Source of the DNA: an uncultured Clostridia bacterium
Lineage (GTDB): Bacteria > Bacillota > Clostridia > Christensenellales > UBA1242
NCBI GenBank assembly: GCA_944381235.1
Contig: CALWKI010000069.1
Coordinates: 1 to 56,448, forward strand
Length of the DNA stretch: 56,448 nucleotides
Reading direction: 5' to 3'
This document shows, piece by piece, positions 34,522 through 43,486 of the stretch. Under the pieces are notes generated by a model that worked only from the letters and a program-made list of their open reading frames with translations, did not search any database and was not told the DNA's origin. Made by a program: the position numbers and the translations under genes. The first letter of the stretch is position 1. Each line of letters begins with the position of its first letter.

Positions 34522-35427
34522 CTACCTCAAAATAATAATTTCTTCTTCTAGTATTATATCAAATTTTTTATAAACTGTCTTTTTAATTTTGCAAATTAAT
34601 TTAAAAACATCTCGAAATTTTGCCTTATTATTAAAATTAACAATAAACCCAGAGTGCTTTTTAGAAATCATAGCCCCACCTCTTGTCATGCCTTTTAAAT
34701 TACAGTTTTCGATATAAACCGGTGCATAGCCAACACTTGGTCTTTTAAAAACACTGCCTGCACTAGGCTCGTCACAGGGCTGACTGAGACGTTTTTTTTC
34801 TAAAAAACCCACACATTTTTCTAAAATTTTTTCTTTTTTGTTTTCTTTTAATGAAAAACAAACCTTTAAAATAACATAGTCTTTATTCGAAAAAAAACTA
34901 TGTCTATAAGAAAACTCTAGTTTTTGTTTGTCTGCCTTATAAATTTTTATACCATCTGTGTAATAGACATATTCAACATAGTTTCCTATTTCTTCCCCAA
35001 AACACCCAGCGTTCATTTTAATTCCGCCACCAACACTACCCGGAATGCCATAACTCCACTCAAGTCCGCTTAGCCCAAGATTACTAGCGATAACATTTAA
35101 CTTATAAAGGCTTATCCCCGCCCCACATATTAGTCTGTTTTCTCTTTTAGTAAATCCGCCAATATTAATTTTTATAACTATGCCTTTATAACATTTATCA
35201 CTGCATAAAATATTACTTCCACGGCCTAAAATAAAGTGCTTAATTTTGTACTCTTTTATAAGGCTTAATAATTTCATAAGACTACTTATATCCTCAACAA
35301 CAACTAAGCCCTTAATCTTTCCCCCAATTTTAAATGTAGTATAATTTTTAAAACTTTCACTAGTCTTAACATCAAAACCTAAACTTTTTAAAAGTTTTAT
35401 AAACTTGTTTAAAGACAATTTTTTCAT
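34522..35427 (-). CDS. murB: UDP-N-acetylenolpyruvoylglucosamine reductase
   Basis: 301 aa. TTFKIGG, LGRGSNIL, GIPGSVGGGIKMNAG, AGSVFKRP. Confidence 0.92.
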   Translation of the reverse strand: MKKLSLNKFIKLLKSLGFDVKTSESFKNYTTFKIGGKIKGLVVVEDISSLMKLLSLIKEYKIKHFILGRGSNILCSDKCYKGIVIKINIGGFTKRENRLICGAGISLYKLNVIASNLGLSGLEWSYGIPGSVGGGIKMNAGCFGEEIGNYVEYVYYTDGIKIYKADKQKLEFSYRHSFFSNKDYVILKVCFSLKENKKEKILEKCVGFLEKKRLSQPCDEPSAGSVFKRPSVGYAPVYIENCNLKGMTRGGAMISKKHSGFIVNFNNKAKFRDVFKLICKIKKTVYKKFDIILEEEIIILR

Positions 35428-35459
35428 ACCTTTTTATATGCTATTTTTTCTTTTATTGC

Positions 35460-36530
35460 CTACATAGTTTTTCTTATATTATCTATTTCCTCTTTATTAC
35501 TGAAGACATTTATTGAAAATAGATCTTCTTTTAAAGCATTTTCAAAGTCCGACATATAGCCACTTTCATAGATTTTGTTATTTGTTACAGAAAATAGCCC
35601 ATAAGAACTTAAAGCACTTTGGGCTTTTTCTTGAGTTAAAAACTTAGCAAATTCATTTGCAAAATACATCTTTGAACTGCTACCACTATCAACTATACCT
35701 ATATATTGAATTAAGTCAGAAAAATTTGACAACATATTATATTTTAGATTGCTTAAACTTCCATTTTCCTCTCTATTCTTACACCTCGCAACATCACGCA
35801 TTGTGCCAACTAAACTTACACTATTTTTATTTATAAAATTTACATAAGCCTCATATGTAGTATTAAATCCGATGATATCTTCCGAATTTATCTCTAAATT
35901 GTTGTGTTTTAGCGAAAGTTCTGGAGTTATAAAACTTCCTGTCGCCATACTAAGTCCAGAAACATCTTCATTATTGTATTTTGTGTTAATAATCAAATCA
36001 GACAAATTATCACTACTTACCATATTTCCATTAGAAATAAGACAATAACCAGACAAAATATAAGGGTATGCTAAAATTTTATTATTCTTCATTCCATATT
36101 CTATTATGTCTTGCCTCAAATTTGTATTTTCCTCAAGTTCATTTAAAAACCCGACAATATATTCACCTACACCTATCCCAAAAGAAAACAAATCCGGCAA
36201 TTTCTTTTCATCTAAATTTAACACTAATTCTTCGGGAGTAAGTGTTTTAATAACTACATAACAATTTGGATTTTCTTTATTAAATTCTCCAGCCCGCCTT
36301 TCTAAAAAAGTCTTCCTACTATTTGTTCCACCCTCAAAAGACTCTATATGATAAATAGTTAAAACCGTTTTTGACGCGCCTTGCAAATTAAAAAATTCGT
36401 TTAAATTTAATCTATAATTATCCACTTTAAATAGAACCAAAGGAGACAAAACTATAAAAAGCAAAACAATAACTATAAACAACCATTTAAACGTGTTTTT
36501 TGAAAACAGACTTTTGAAAAAAGAACGCAT
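35460..36530 (-). CDS. Membrane-anchored hypothetical protein, possibly solute-binding-protein-like
   Basis: 356 aa with an N-terminal TM helix. The extracytoplasmic alpha/beta-looking body begins TVLTIYHIESFEGG.... No confident family assignment. Confidence 0.55.
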   Translation of the reverse strand: MRSFFKSLFSKNTFKWLFIVIVLLFIVLSPLVLFKVDNYRLNLNEFFNLQGASKTVLTIYHIESFEGGTNSRKTFLERRAGEFNKENPNCYVVIKTLTPEELVLNLDEKKLPDLFSFGIGVGEYIVGFLNELEENTNLRQDIIEYGMKNNKILAYPYILSGYCLISNGNMVSSDNLSDLIINTKYNNEDVSGLSMATGSFITPELSLKHNNLEINSEDIIGFNTTYEAYVNFINKNSVSLVGTMRDVARCKNREENGSLSNLKYNMLSNFSDLIQYIGIVDSGSSSKMYFANEFAKFLTQEKAQSALSSYGLFSVTNNKIYESGYMSDFENALKEDLFSINVFSNKEEIDNIRKTM

Positions 36531-36570
36531 ATTAATTAATATGCGTCTTAAAGTCCATTTTAGGACAAAA

Positions 36571-38385
36571 CTAATCTATTTCTTCCAACTTTTTAACTAT
36601 CTCACTTGCAATTTTAACAGTAATTCCACTTACTTGCATAAGTTCCTCAACACTCGCCTTTTTCATTCTCTTTACACTTTTAAACTTTTCAATTAATGCC
36701 TCTTTTCTAATTTTGCCAAGCCCCTCAATTTCGTCAAGCAAACTTATAACTTGACTCTTTTTTCTTAATTTTCTATGGAAAGTTATAGCAAATCTGTGCG
36801 CTTCGTCCCGTAACTTTTGAAGAAGTTTAAGTTCTGGTGTGTCTTTTGATAACTTTATTGAAAGAGGATTATCTTCAACAAATATCTCTTCTTGTTTTTT
36901 TGCAAGACTTATTACGTCTATGTCTTGATTATAACTCTTAATTAATTCTCTACAAGTATTTATTTGACCTTTTCCACCATCAATCATAATTAGATCCGGC
37001 ACCATTGAAAAACTTATGTCGTCACTATTTAGTTTTTCAAGTCTTCTTGTAATGCTTTCTTTTAAACTTTCAAAATCATTAGGGCCGACAACTTCCTTTA
37101 TCTTAAACTTTCTATAGTGTTTAGACGCCTTTGTACCATTTAAAAAGACAACCATACTACACACTGAATTTGTACCGGAAATATTTGAAATATCATAACA
37201 CTCCATTCTTAGAGGCAAATTCCTTAGCCCTAACGTGTTTTTAATGCTTTCTAGCACCTCCATTTTCTTTCGCTCTTTTTTGTTCTCAAGGTCAGAGTTC
37301 TTATTTAAATATTCCTCTGCGTTTTTATTTGCTTGCACTATTAGTTGTTTATTAATTCCTTTTTGAGGGATGTTAATCTCAATTTTTTTACCCGCGTCTG
37401 CGTCTAAAGACCTAAAGAGAGCGTCCTCTAAGTCAACGTTAATTGGAAGAAAAATTTTATCAGGAAGGAGTTTATTCTGAATATAATATTGTGTTAAAAA
37501 AGAAATAAGCATTTGCTCATCGTCTATTTGAGAGTTATCAAAACTATAGCACTTAACCCCCATCATTTTACCTTGCCTAATTATAAGAACAGAAAAAACA
37601 AAAAACAAATCGTTTTTAGCAAGTCCAAACACGTCAATATTTGATGTCTTGTTAAGTGCCGTCACCGATCTTTCCCTAAGTTTAAGAAGCATAAACTTTA
37701 GGTCTCTAAGTTTAATTGCAAGTTCAAAATTCTCAATTTCTACCGCCTGATCCATTTTCTTGCAAATTATGTCGTATACACTTTCGTCTTTTCCGTTTAA
37801 GAAATCAATTACTTTTGGAATGAATTTTGCATATTCGTCTTTTGTAATTTTACACATACAAGGTGCTGAGCAAAGTCCTAGTGAATAATTTAGGCACCCC
37901 TTTTTCATCTTGTTATTGTCTTTTATTTTTTTATTACAGGTACGTATTGGGTAAGCGTAATTTACTGCGTTTATTACTTCATATGGACTTATCCCAAAAT
38001 ATGGTCCAAAGTACTTTGCATTTCCTTTCTTTATTTTTCTAACAACTTCTAACTTCGGAAAATCTTCGTCAAGGTCAAGTTTAATGTATGGATATGACTT
38101 TCCGTCTTTAAGCAAAATGTTATAAAAAGGTTGATGCTTTTTTATTAAATTGCATTCAAGTACCAACGCATCAAGTTCGGAATTGGTTAAAATATACTCA
38201 AAATCTGCAACTTGAGATACCATACTCTTCACCTTTTCAGTATGGTTCTTGTTTAAAAAATATTGACTTACTCTGTTTTTTAGCCTCCTTGCCTTGCCAA
38301 TATATATTATGTTTCCAAATTTGTCTTTCATAATATATACGCCCGGACTAAGTGGCAACTTTTGTAATTTATCTCTTATACTCAT
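36571..38385 (-). CDS. uvrC: Excinuclease ABC subunit C
   Basis: 604 aa. GIY-YIG N-terminus (PGVYIMKDKFGNIIYIGKARRLKNRVSQY). UvrBC domain. Endonuclease domain. C-terminal (HhH)2. Confidence 0.93.
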   Translation of the reverse strand: MSIRDKLQKLPLSPGVYIMKDKFGNIIYIGKARRLKNRVSQYFLNKNHTEKVKSMVSQVADFEYILTNSELDALVLECNLIKKHQPFYNILLKDGKSYPYIKLDLDEDFPKLEVVRKIKKGNAKYFGPYFGISPYEVINAVNYAYPIRTCNKKIKDNNKMKKGCLNYSLGLCSAPCMCKITKDEYAKFIPKVIDFLNGKDESVYDIICKKMDQAVEIENFELAIKLRDLKFMLLKLRERSVTALNKTSNIDVFGLAKNDLFFVFSVLIIRQGKMMGVKCYSFDNSQIDDEQMLISFLTQYYIQNKLLPDKIFLPINVDLEDALFRSLDADAGKKIEINIPQKGINKQLIVQANKNAEEYLNKNSDLENKKERKKMEVLESIKNTLGLRNLPLRMECYDISNISGTNSVCSMVVFLNGTKASKHYRKFKIKEVVGPNDFESLKESITRRLEKLNSDDISFSMVPDLIMIDGGKGQINTCRELIKSYNQDIDVISLAKKQEEIFVEDNPLSIKLSKDTPELKLLQKLRDEAHRFAITFHRKLRKKSQVISLLDEIEGLGKIRKEALIEKFKSVKRMKKASVEELMQVSGITVKIASEIVKKLEEID

Positions 38386-38492
38386 TTTTCTACCTATATA
38401 TTAGAATAACACAAAATAAAATAAAAACAAATTGTTTATTTTTACTCACGCAAAAAATTTGGAAACATGTTTTTGTAGTATTGCTATCCTAA

Positions 38493-38552
38493 AAGCCGTG
38501 CGACCGCGCGAGACGTTTCCACCTCGCTTAGGCCGTCACTCTCTTCCTCGCC
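38493..38552. other. Isolated GC-rich ~60-nt island in an AT-rich intergenic region, a candidate structured RNA or protein-binding element of unknown class
   Basis: aagccgtgcgaccgcgcgagacgtttccacctcgcttaggccgtcactctcttcctcgcc. Possible pairings are gcgag (38508-12) with ctcgc (38523-27), cctaa (38488-92) with ttagg (38528-32), and ggaaac (38461-66) with gtttcc (38515-20). No tRNA T-loop or SRP domain IV motif is present and there is no coding potential. Confidence 0.3.
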
Positions 38553-38678
38553 TACATATATAAAATCAACCATATACTTTAGATATATCTTAACTTAACA
38601 ACCTAAAATAAATTAATATTACACTCAATAATAAGTAAAATAAAACTACAAAAAATTAATTTACTTTTCCCTTTCCTA

Positions 38679-41024
38679 CTAAATCGGTCTAGGCTCCCCA
38701 GTCACCTCATCATACTCCCAATTTACATTAAGCCCCCAATAAACACTTCCACCAATAAAATTCCACCTTGAATCCCACCCACTAGGCTGACTTTCCATCT
38801 CACAATAAATCGTAAGACTACTGCAATCAGAAAATGCATAATCCCCTATACTCGTAACACTCTCTGGAATTGTAATAGAGGTAAGACTACTGCAATCAGA
38901 AAATGCATACACTCCTATGCTTGTGACACTGCTTGAAATTGCAACACTCGAAATTTTTTCATTTCCATAAAAAGCATACTCATATATTTGATAAGTGTTG
39001 CCCGTAAATTCATCAAAAACTTTCTTTACATCTTCTATACTAGGTAAAATTAGATTTTCACTATTTCCAGTATAAGACAAAAGATACATAATATCATTAT
39101 CAAAATAGAAAACATAGTCTCCTACTTTTTGTTGTTTTAAAGGTGTATCTAGACTTGTGTATACATAGTCAGCATAATATCCTATATAACCATAACCATT
39201 ACTACCCGCCCTTATGCTAAGTCTACTTAAGTTAATTATTTCAACAAGTTTGTGACAATATTGAAATGCATAACTTCCTATACTTGTAACACTGCTTGAA
39301 ATTGTAATAGAGGTAAGACTATTGCAATTATAAAATGCCCTACTTCCTATACTCTCAAGTTGTGAATTATCTTCAAATGTTATGTTTGTTAGACTACTGC
39401 AACTAGAAAATGCATACTCACCTATACTTGTGACTGAACTTGGGATTGTAACACCTGTAATTGTATCATTTTCATAAAAAGCACGTTCATATATTTGATA
39501 AGTGTTGCCCGTAAATTCATCGAAAACTTTCTTTACATCTTCTATACTAGGTAACATTAAATTTGTATCATTACCCGTATAAGACAAAAAATACATTGTG
39601 CCATTATATAAATAGAAAATATAATCTCCTACTTTTTGTTGAATTAAAGGAGTATCTAGGCTTGTATATACATAGTCAGCATAATATCCAGCGTATCCAT
39701 TACTACCACTTCCCGCTGTTATATTAAGATTACTTAAGTTATATACTTCAACTAGTTTGTAGCAACCAAAAAATGCCATACCTCCTATACTTGTAACTGA
39801 ACTAGGAATTGTAATTGAAGTTAGACTATTGCAACCAATAAATGCAGAACTTCTTATGCTGACAACTGAACTAGGAATTGTAATTGAAGTTAGACTACTG
39901 CAACCAGAAAATGCAGAATCTCCTATACTTGTAACAGAACTTGGTAGCGTTATAGAGGTAAGACTTATGCAACCAGAAAATACATAACTTCCTATACTTG
40001 TAACTGAACTAGGAATTGTAATTGAAGTTAGACTACTGCAATATCTAAATGCAGAACTTCCTATGCTGACAACTGAACTTGGAATGATAATAGAGGTGAG
40101 ACTTCTGCAATCTCTAAATGCATAACTTCCAATAATTTTACATTTGGAGTTAATACTAAAAGTTTCAAAGTCTGTTATTTTTGTGTCTGCTAAATAAAGA
40201 TATGGATTTTCTTCGTTTCCAAGATACAATCCATTTTCATATTCATTAAATTGTAAACTATCGCAACCATCGAATGCAAGTTCTCCTATACTTGTCACAC
40301 CCTCTGGAATTGTGATAGAAATTAGATTTCCGCAGTATTGAAACGAATAATCTCCTATACTCTGAAGGGTCTCTGGAAGTAAGACTGTTGTAAGTGCACT
40401 TGGGCGTGAAGACGAAGAGCCACTAAACGCGTTATATGGAATGTCTACAACATCGTGAGAGACTATGACGTTGGTAATTGTTCTAAGTGATGCGTTTGCA
40501 AAGTCTGAATTATGTACATTTGGGGTTAAAAATACTGAATAAAGGGTAAAGACATTTTCAGTTGGCACGTCGTACCAAATTGGGTTGGACTCGGTTGAGA
40601 CGTAATATCTTATGTCGGTGTCGTTAAAGATTAGGTTTGGGTCTTCTGGGGTCTCTTGGACATTAATAAAAGCCGGGTTGGTTGAGAAAAAGTAAAATTC
40701 CCCGCCGTTCTCATTGGTTATCTCGTCAAGATTTGTGACAGTGCCGTCAGTGACCTCTGGCACAACGCCGTCAAGGCGGAACTTATCCTTTTCCTCGTTT
40801 AAAACTACTTTTGTAGTGGTGTTATTTACCTCACTTCCCTCGTGACGCGCAAACGTCAAAATTATGTTTGGCGCCTCCTCTTGCACCTCATACTCGACGT
40901 TTAAATCTTCATAATATTTTTTATTGACCGCGTCGACAACGACAAAAATTGTGAGCACCGCAAAAATACCCATAACGACAAGTAGTAAAATTGACGTAAG
41001 TAAATTTCTTTTAACTTTTCCCAT
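38679..41024 (-). CDS. BspA-like leucine-rich-repeat surface protein with an N-terminal membrane anchor
   Basis: About 23-aa repeats of the type IPSSVTSIGSYAFSGCSSLTSIT, in many copies. The N-terminal TM is LLTSILLLVVMGIFAVLTIFVV. I prefer the ATG at 41024 (MGKVKRN...). The upstream extension to 41111 has no support. Confidence 0.85.
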   Translation of the reverse strand: MGKVKRNLLTSILLLVVMGIFAVLTIFVVVDAVNKKYYEDLNVEYEVQEEAPNIILTFARHEGSEVNNTTTKVVLNEEKDKFRLDGVVPEVTDGTVTNLDEITNENGGEFYFFSTNPAFINVQETPEDPNLIFNDTDIRYYVSTESNPIWYDVPTENVFTLYSVFLTPNVHNSDFANASLRTITNVIVSHDVVDIPYNAFSGSSSSRPSALTTVLLPETLQSIGDYSFQYCGNLISITIPEGVTSIGELAFDGCDSLQFNEYENGLYLGNEENPYLYLADTKITDFETFSINSKCKIIGSYAFRDCRSLTSIIIPSSVVSIGSSAFRYCSSLTSITIPSSVTSIGSYVFSGCISLTSITLPSSVTSIGDSAFSGCSSLTSITIPSSVVSIRSSAFIGCNSLTSITIPSSVTSIGGMAFFGCYKLVEVYNLSNLNITAGSGSNGYAGYYADYVYTSLDTPLIQQKVGDYIFYLYNGTMYFLSYTGNDTNLMLPSIEDVKKVFDEFTGNTYQIYERAFYENDTITGVTIPSSVTSIGEYAFSSCSSLTNITFEDNSQLESIGSRAFYNCNSLTSITISSSVTSIGSYAFQYCHKLVEIINLSRLSIRAGSNGYGYIGYYADYVYTSLDTPLKQQKVGDYVFYFDNDIMYLLSYTGNSENLILPSIEDVKKVFDEFTGNTYQIYEYAFYGNEKISSVAISSSVTSIGVYAFSDCSSLTSITIPESVTSIGDYAFSDCSSLTIYCEMESQPSGWDSRWNFIGGSVYWGLNVNWEYDEVTGEPRPI
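38945..39755 (-). repeat. 507-bp (169-aa) tandem intragenic duplication within the LRR gene
   Basis: The 67-nt core at 38981-39047 recurs at 39488-39554 with one mismatch. atacatagtcagcataatat occurs at 39161 and at 39668, an offset of 507. At protein level YYADYVYTSLDTPL(I/K)QQKVGDY...PSIEDVKKVFDEFTGNTYQIYE occurs twice. Near-identical 69-bp LRR units also occur at about 39800-40080. Confidence 0.9.
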
Positions 41025-41327
41025 AGTACACAAAACTCCCTTATCTTTAGTTTTTTTATTTTTACTAAAAAATATGACGATTAATAAATGAATACAGAAA
41101 ATTATTGACAATAAAACTATATTTTTAGTATATATTGCATAGCGATTTTTAGCAAATAATTTAGCATAATAATTAAAAATTGAAGTTTAAAACATAAATT
41201 TTTCTCTAAAAATTCTATCATAGCCTACACTTAAGCTAAATGTTGTATAAAAGTTCGTTAAAAACCAACCTAGTTATTATTTTAATTTTTATTTGGTTAC
41301 AAGTGACAAAAAAACTAAAAAGCCTTT

Positions 41328-41675
41328 TCACGCCAATAAATAATCAACTCCGTTAAGCATTATATTGTTTATTAGTTCATTTTTAAGTTTATAAATTACC
41401 ACCTTGCCTTCTCTTCTGTCAGTCACTGCATCAAAGTTTTTTAGAAATCTCAGTTGATGACTAACTGTTGTTTGATTTATATTAAGGTACTTTGACAAAT
41501 CGTTTACACACATTTCGCTTAGAGACAAAGCAGACAAAATTTTTAGTCTTGTTTCATCTGCAAAAAGACTAAAAATATCCGCAAGTTGTCGCAACATTTC
41601 ATGACTTGGCATATAATACTCTAGATTTGTTAGGGTCTCATTATTAATATTTACATATTTTTGCTCGTCTAACAT
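41328..41675 (-). CDS. ArsR/SmtB family transcriptional regulator
   Basis: 115 aa from the ATG at 41675, with a GGAGAAAC RBS. LADIFSLFADETRLKILSALSLSEMCVNDLSKYLNINQTTVSHQLRFLKNFDAVTDRREGKVVIYKL is a canonical HTH_5 winged helix. The listed upstream extension to 41798 is unlikely. Confidence 0.85.
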   Translation of the reverse strand: MLDEQKYVNINNETLTNLEYYMPSHEMLRQLADIFSLFADETRLKILSALSLSEMCVNDLSKYLNINQTTVSHQLRFLKNFDAVTDRREGKVVIYKLKNELINNIMLNGVDYLLA

Positions 41676-41814
41676 TTTGTTTCTCCTTTTGTGGTGCAAC
41701 TTACTTCTAGCTCTTACATTTTTTACGCAAATGCAAGATATGTTTTTTACACCCATTATAATATTTTCACTAATATATTTTAAAGCACAACAAAACAAAT
41801 GAATAAAGAATAAA

Positions 41815-41832
41815 ATTGTAAATATTGTAAAT
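41815..41832 (+). promoter_or_regulatory. Perfect tandem 9-mer (attgtaaat x2), a possible operator between arsR and the small ORF
   Basis: attgtaaat occurs at 41815-41823 and again at 41824-41832. A third aaattgt occurs at 41841-41847. All lie 27-59 nt upstream of the ATG at 41874. Confidence 0.3.
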
Positions 41833-41873
41833 TTGGCTCTAAAATTGTTGTTTTAATAAATAAGGAGGTTTTT

Positions 41874-42056
41874 ATGGACACAAACTACTTGTTACTCGTT
41901 TTACTCATTTCTATTTTTACGTCTGCTACAGACACTAATCTCAACACAAACACAAACTTTTTGCTGTTACTTCTTCTCGCCCTTAATGGAACAGGTAATA
42001 ATAATCCTTGCCACTGCTGTCACTATAACAACTTTAATCCAAACAGGTTCTTTTAA
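41874..42056 (+). CDS. 60-aa hydrophobic peptide with a C-terminal Cys/His cluster (CHCCH)
   Basis: Strong AAGGAGG RBS 6 nt upstream of the ATG. Sequence is MDTNYLLLVLLISIFTSATDTNLNTNTNFLLLLLLALNGTGNNNPCHCCHYNNFNPNRFF. Two short Leu-rich segments are each preceded by N-aromatic. The gene is divergent from the ArsR/SmtB regulator. Confidence 0.5.
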   Translation: MDTNYLLLVLLISIFTSATDTNLNTNTNFLLLLLLALNGTGNNNPCHCCHYNNFNPNRFF

Positions 42057-42265
42057 TACAACCTAAAACGCTTACTTTAATTTTTGCAATTACAAATTTA
42101 AAAAAAAGAGATTTATCAAAAGAAATACATTAACACTCAATAAGAATCTAAATTAAGATAATAAGATACCTATTTTAAAAAGTGAAAATTTGCAAAACAA
42201 AAAAATCTAAAAATTAACGAAAAAAATTGCAATTTAAAAAACTCACTTGAACACAAAATGCAGAT

Positions 42266-42300
42266 AAAAAGGAGCAAAACATAAAGTTATGCTCCTTTTT
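42266..42300. terminator. Bidirectional hairpin terminator between the small ORF and trpS
   Basis: aaaaaggagca (42266-42276) pairs with tgctccttttt (42290-42300). Confidence 0.65.
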
Positions 42301-42482
42301 AGTTAAAATAATTATATTAAATAGTAAAAGAAAATTTAAAAATAACATCATTTTATGCTTGTAAATTATCTATTTAATAAACTTATATATTTAACTTATT
42401 AATTTTTAAACTCTATTCCCGCCTGTCATAAATAGTGATTATTGACATTACAAAAACTTTATTTTCCTATAAAAATCAAATT

Positions 42483-43475
42483 TTACTTATCCTCTATTAA
42501 AACTAAGCCAACTTTTTTGTACACTTTATTTAGTGTTTCTCTTGCAATCTTACGTGCTTTTTCTGCCCCAAGTTTCATCATTTTATCTAGATATTTTCGG
42601 TTCTCTTTTAATTCCTTTATTTTATCTCTGATAGGGCCGATTTCCCTAATCACACTTTCGGCAGTTTCACTTTTTAGTGTACCATAATTACAGCCTTCAA
42701 AATGCTTTTGTGCTTCTTCTATACTAATTTTATTTATACATGAATAAATAACAAGAAGATTTGATACTCCCGGTTGAGATTCCCCAAATTTTATTTGGTT
42801 TAAACTATCAGTAACCGCTCTCTTAAACTTTTTTCTAATTGTATTATCGTCATCTTCTATATAAATTACATTGTTCTCATTATCTTCAGATTTTGCCATC
42901 TTTTTAAGAGGGTTTTGTAACCCCATAATTTTTGCACCTACTTTTGGAACAACTCCACGTGGAATTACAAAAGTATCACCATATCTTGCATTAAATCTAA
43001 TGGCAATATCTCTACAAATCTCAACGTGTTGCATTTGATCAACACCAACCGGTACTACATTTGTATTATAAAGCAAAATATCACCCGCCATAAGCATAGG
43101 ATAAGCAAAAAGACCTACTGATACCACTTTATCTTTGGCCTTGTGGTCTTTAAATTGAGTCATTCTACTTGCCTCACCAAAGTATGTAAAACAATTCATT
43201 ATCCACGCAAGTTCTGCGTGTTCTTTTACTTGCGACTGGCAATAAATTATACTTTTCTCTGGGTCTAAACCAACTGCCAAAAATGTCGCAAACTGAGTAT
43301 AAATATTCTCTTCTAACTCTTTACTATCAACATTTATTGTAAGCGCATGGAGGTCTGCAACTGCAAAAATTGAATTGTATTTATCTTGCATTTCCTTCCA
43401 ATTCTTAATTGCTCCTAAATAATTTCCAAGCGTCAACTTACCCGTTGGCTTTGTCGCGCTATATAAAGTTTCCAT
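42483..43475 (-). CDS. trpS: Tryptophan--tRNA ligase
   Basis: 330 aa. GKLTLGNYLG is a HIGH-region variant. KMAKS is the KMSKS-type motif. Class I Rossmann fold layout. Confidence 0.92.
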   Translation of the reverse strand: METLYSATKPTGKLTLGNYLGAIKNWKEMQDKYNSIFAVADLHALTINVDSKELEENIYTQFATFLAVGLDPEKSIIYCQSQVKEHAELAWIMNCFTYFGEASRMTQFKDHKAKDKVVSVGLFAYPMLMAGDILLYNTNVVPVGVDQMQHVEICRDIAIRFNARYGDTFVIPRGVVPKVGAKIMGLQNPLKKMAKSEDNENNVIYIEDDDNTIRKKFKRAVTDSLNQIKFGESQPGVSNLLVIYSCINKISIEEAQKHFEGCNYGTLKSETAESVIREIGPIRDKIKELKENRKYLDKMMKLGAEKARKIARETLNKVYKKVGLVLIEDK

Positions 43476-43486
43476 ATTTCAGTCTC

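Noticed and set aside
38461-38476. Palindrome aaacatgttt about 75 nt upstream of uvrC, considered as a LexA (Cheo) box
   Set aside because: It does not fit GAAC-N4-GTTC, because the half-site spacing and bases are wrong. It may instead be part of the adjacent GC-rich element.
43476-43486. Looked for a T-box leader upstream of trpS
   Set aside because: Only 11 nt separate trpS from the upstream AI-2E transporter gene, so there is no room for a T-box. trpS appears co-transcribed.
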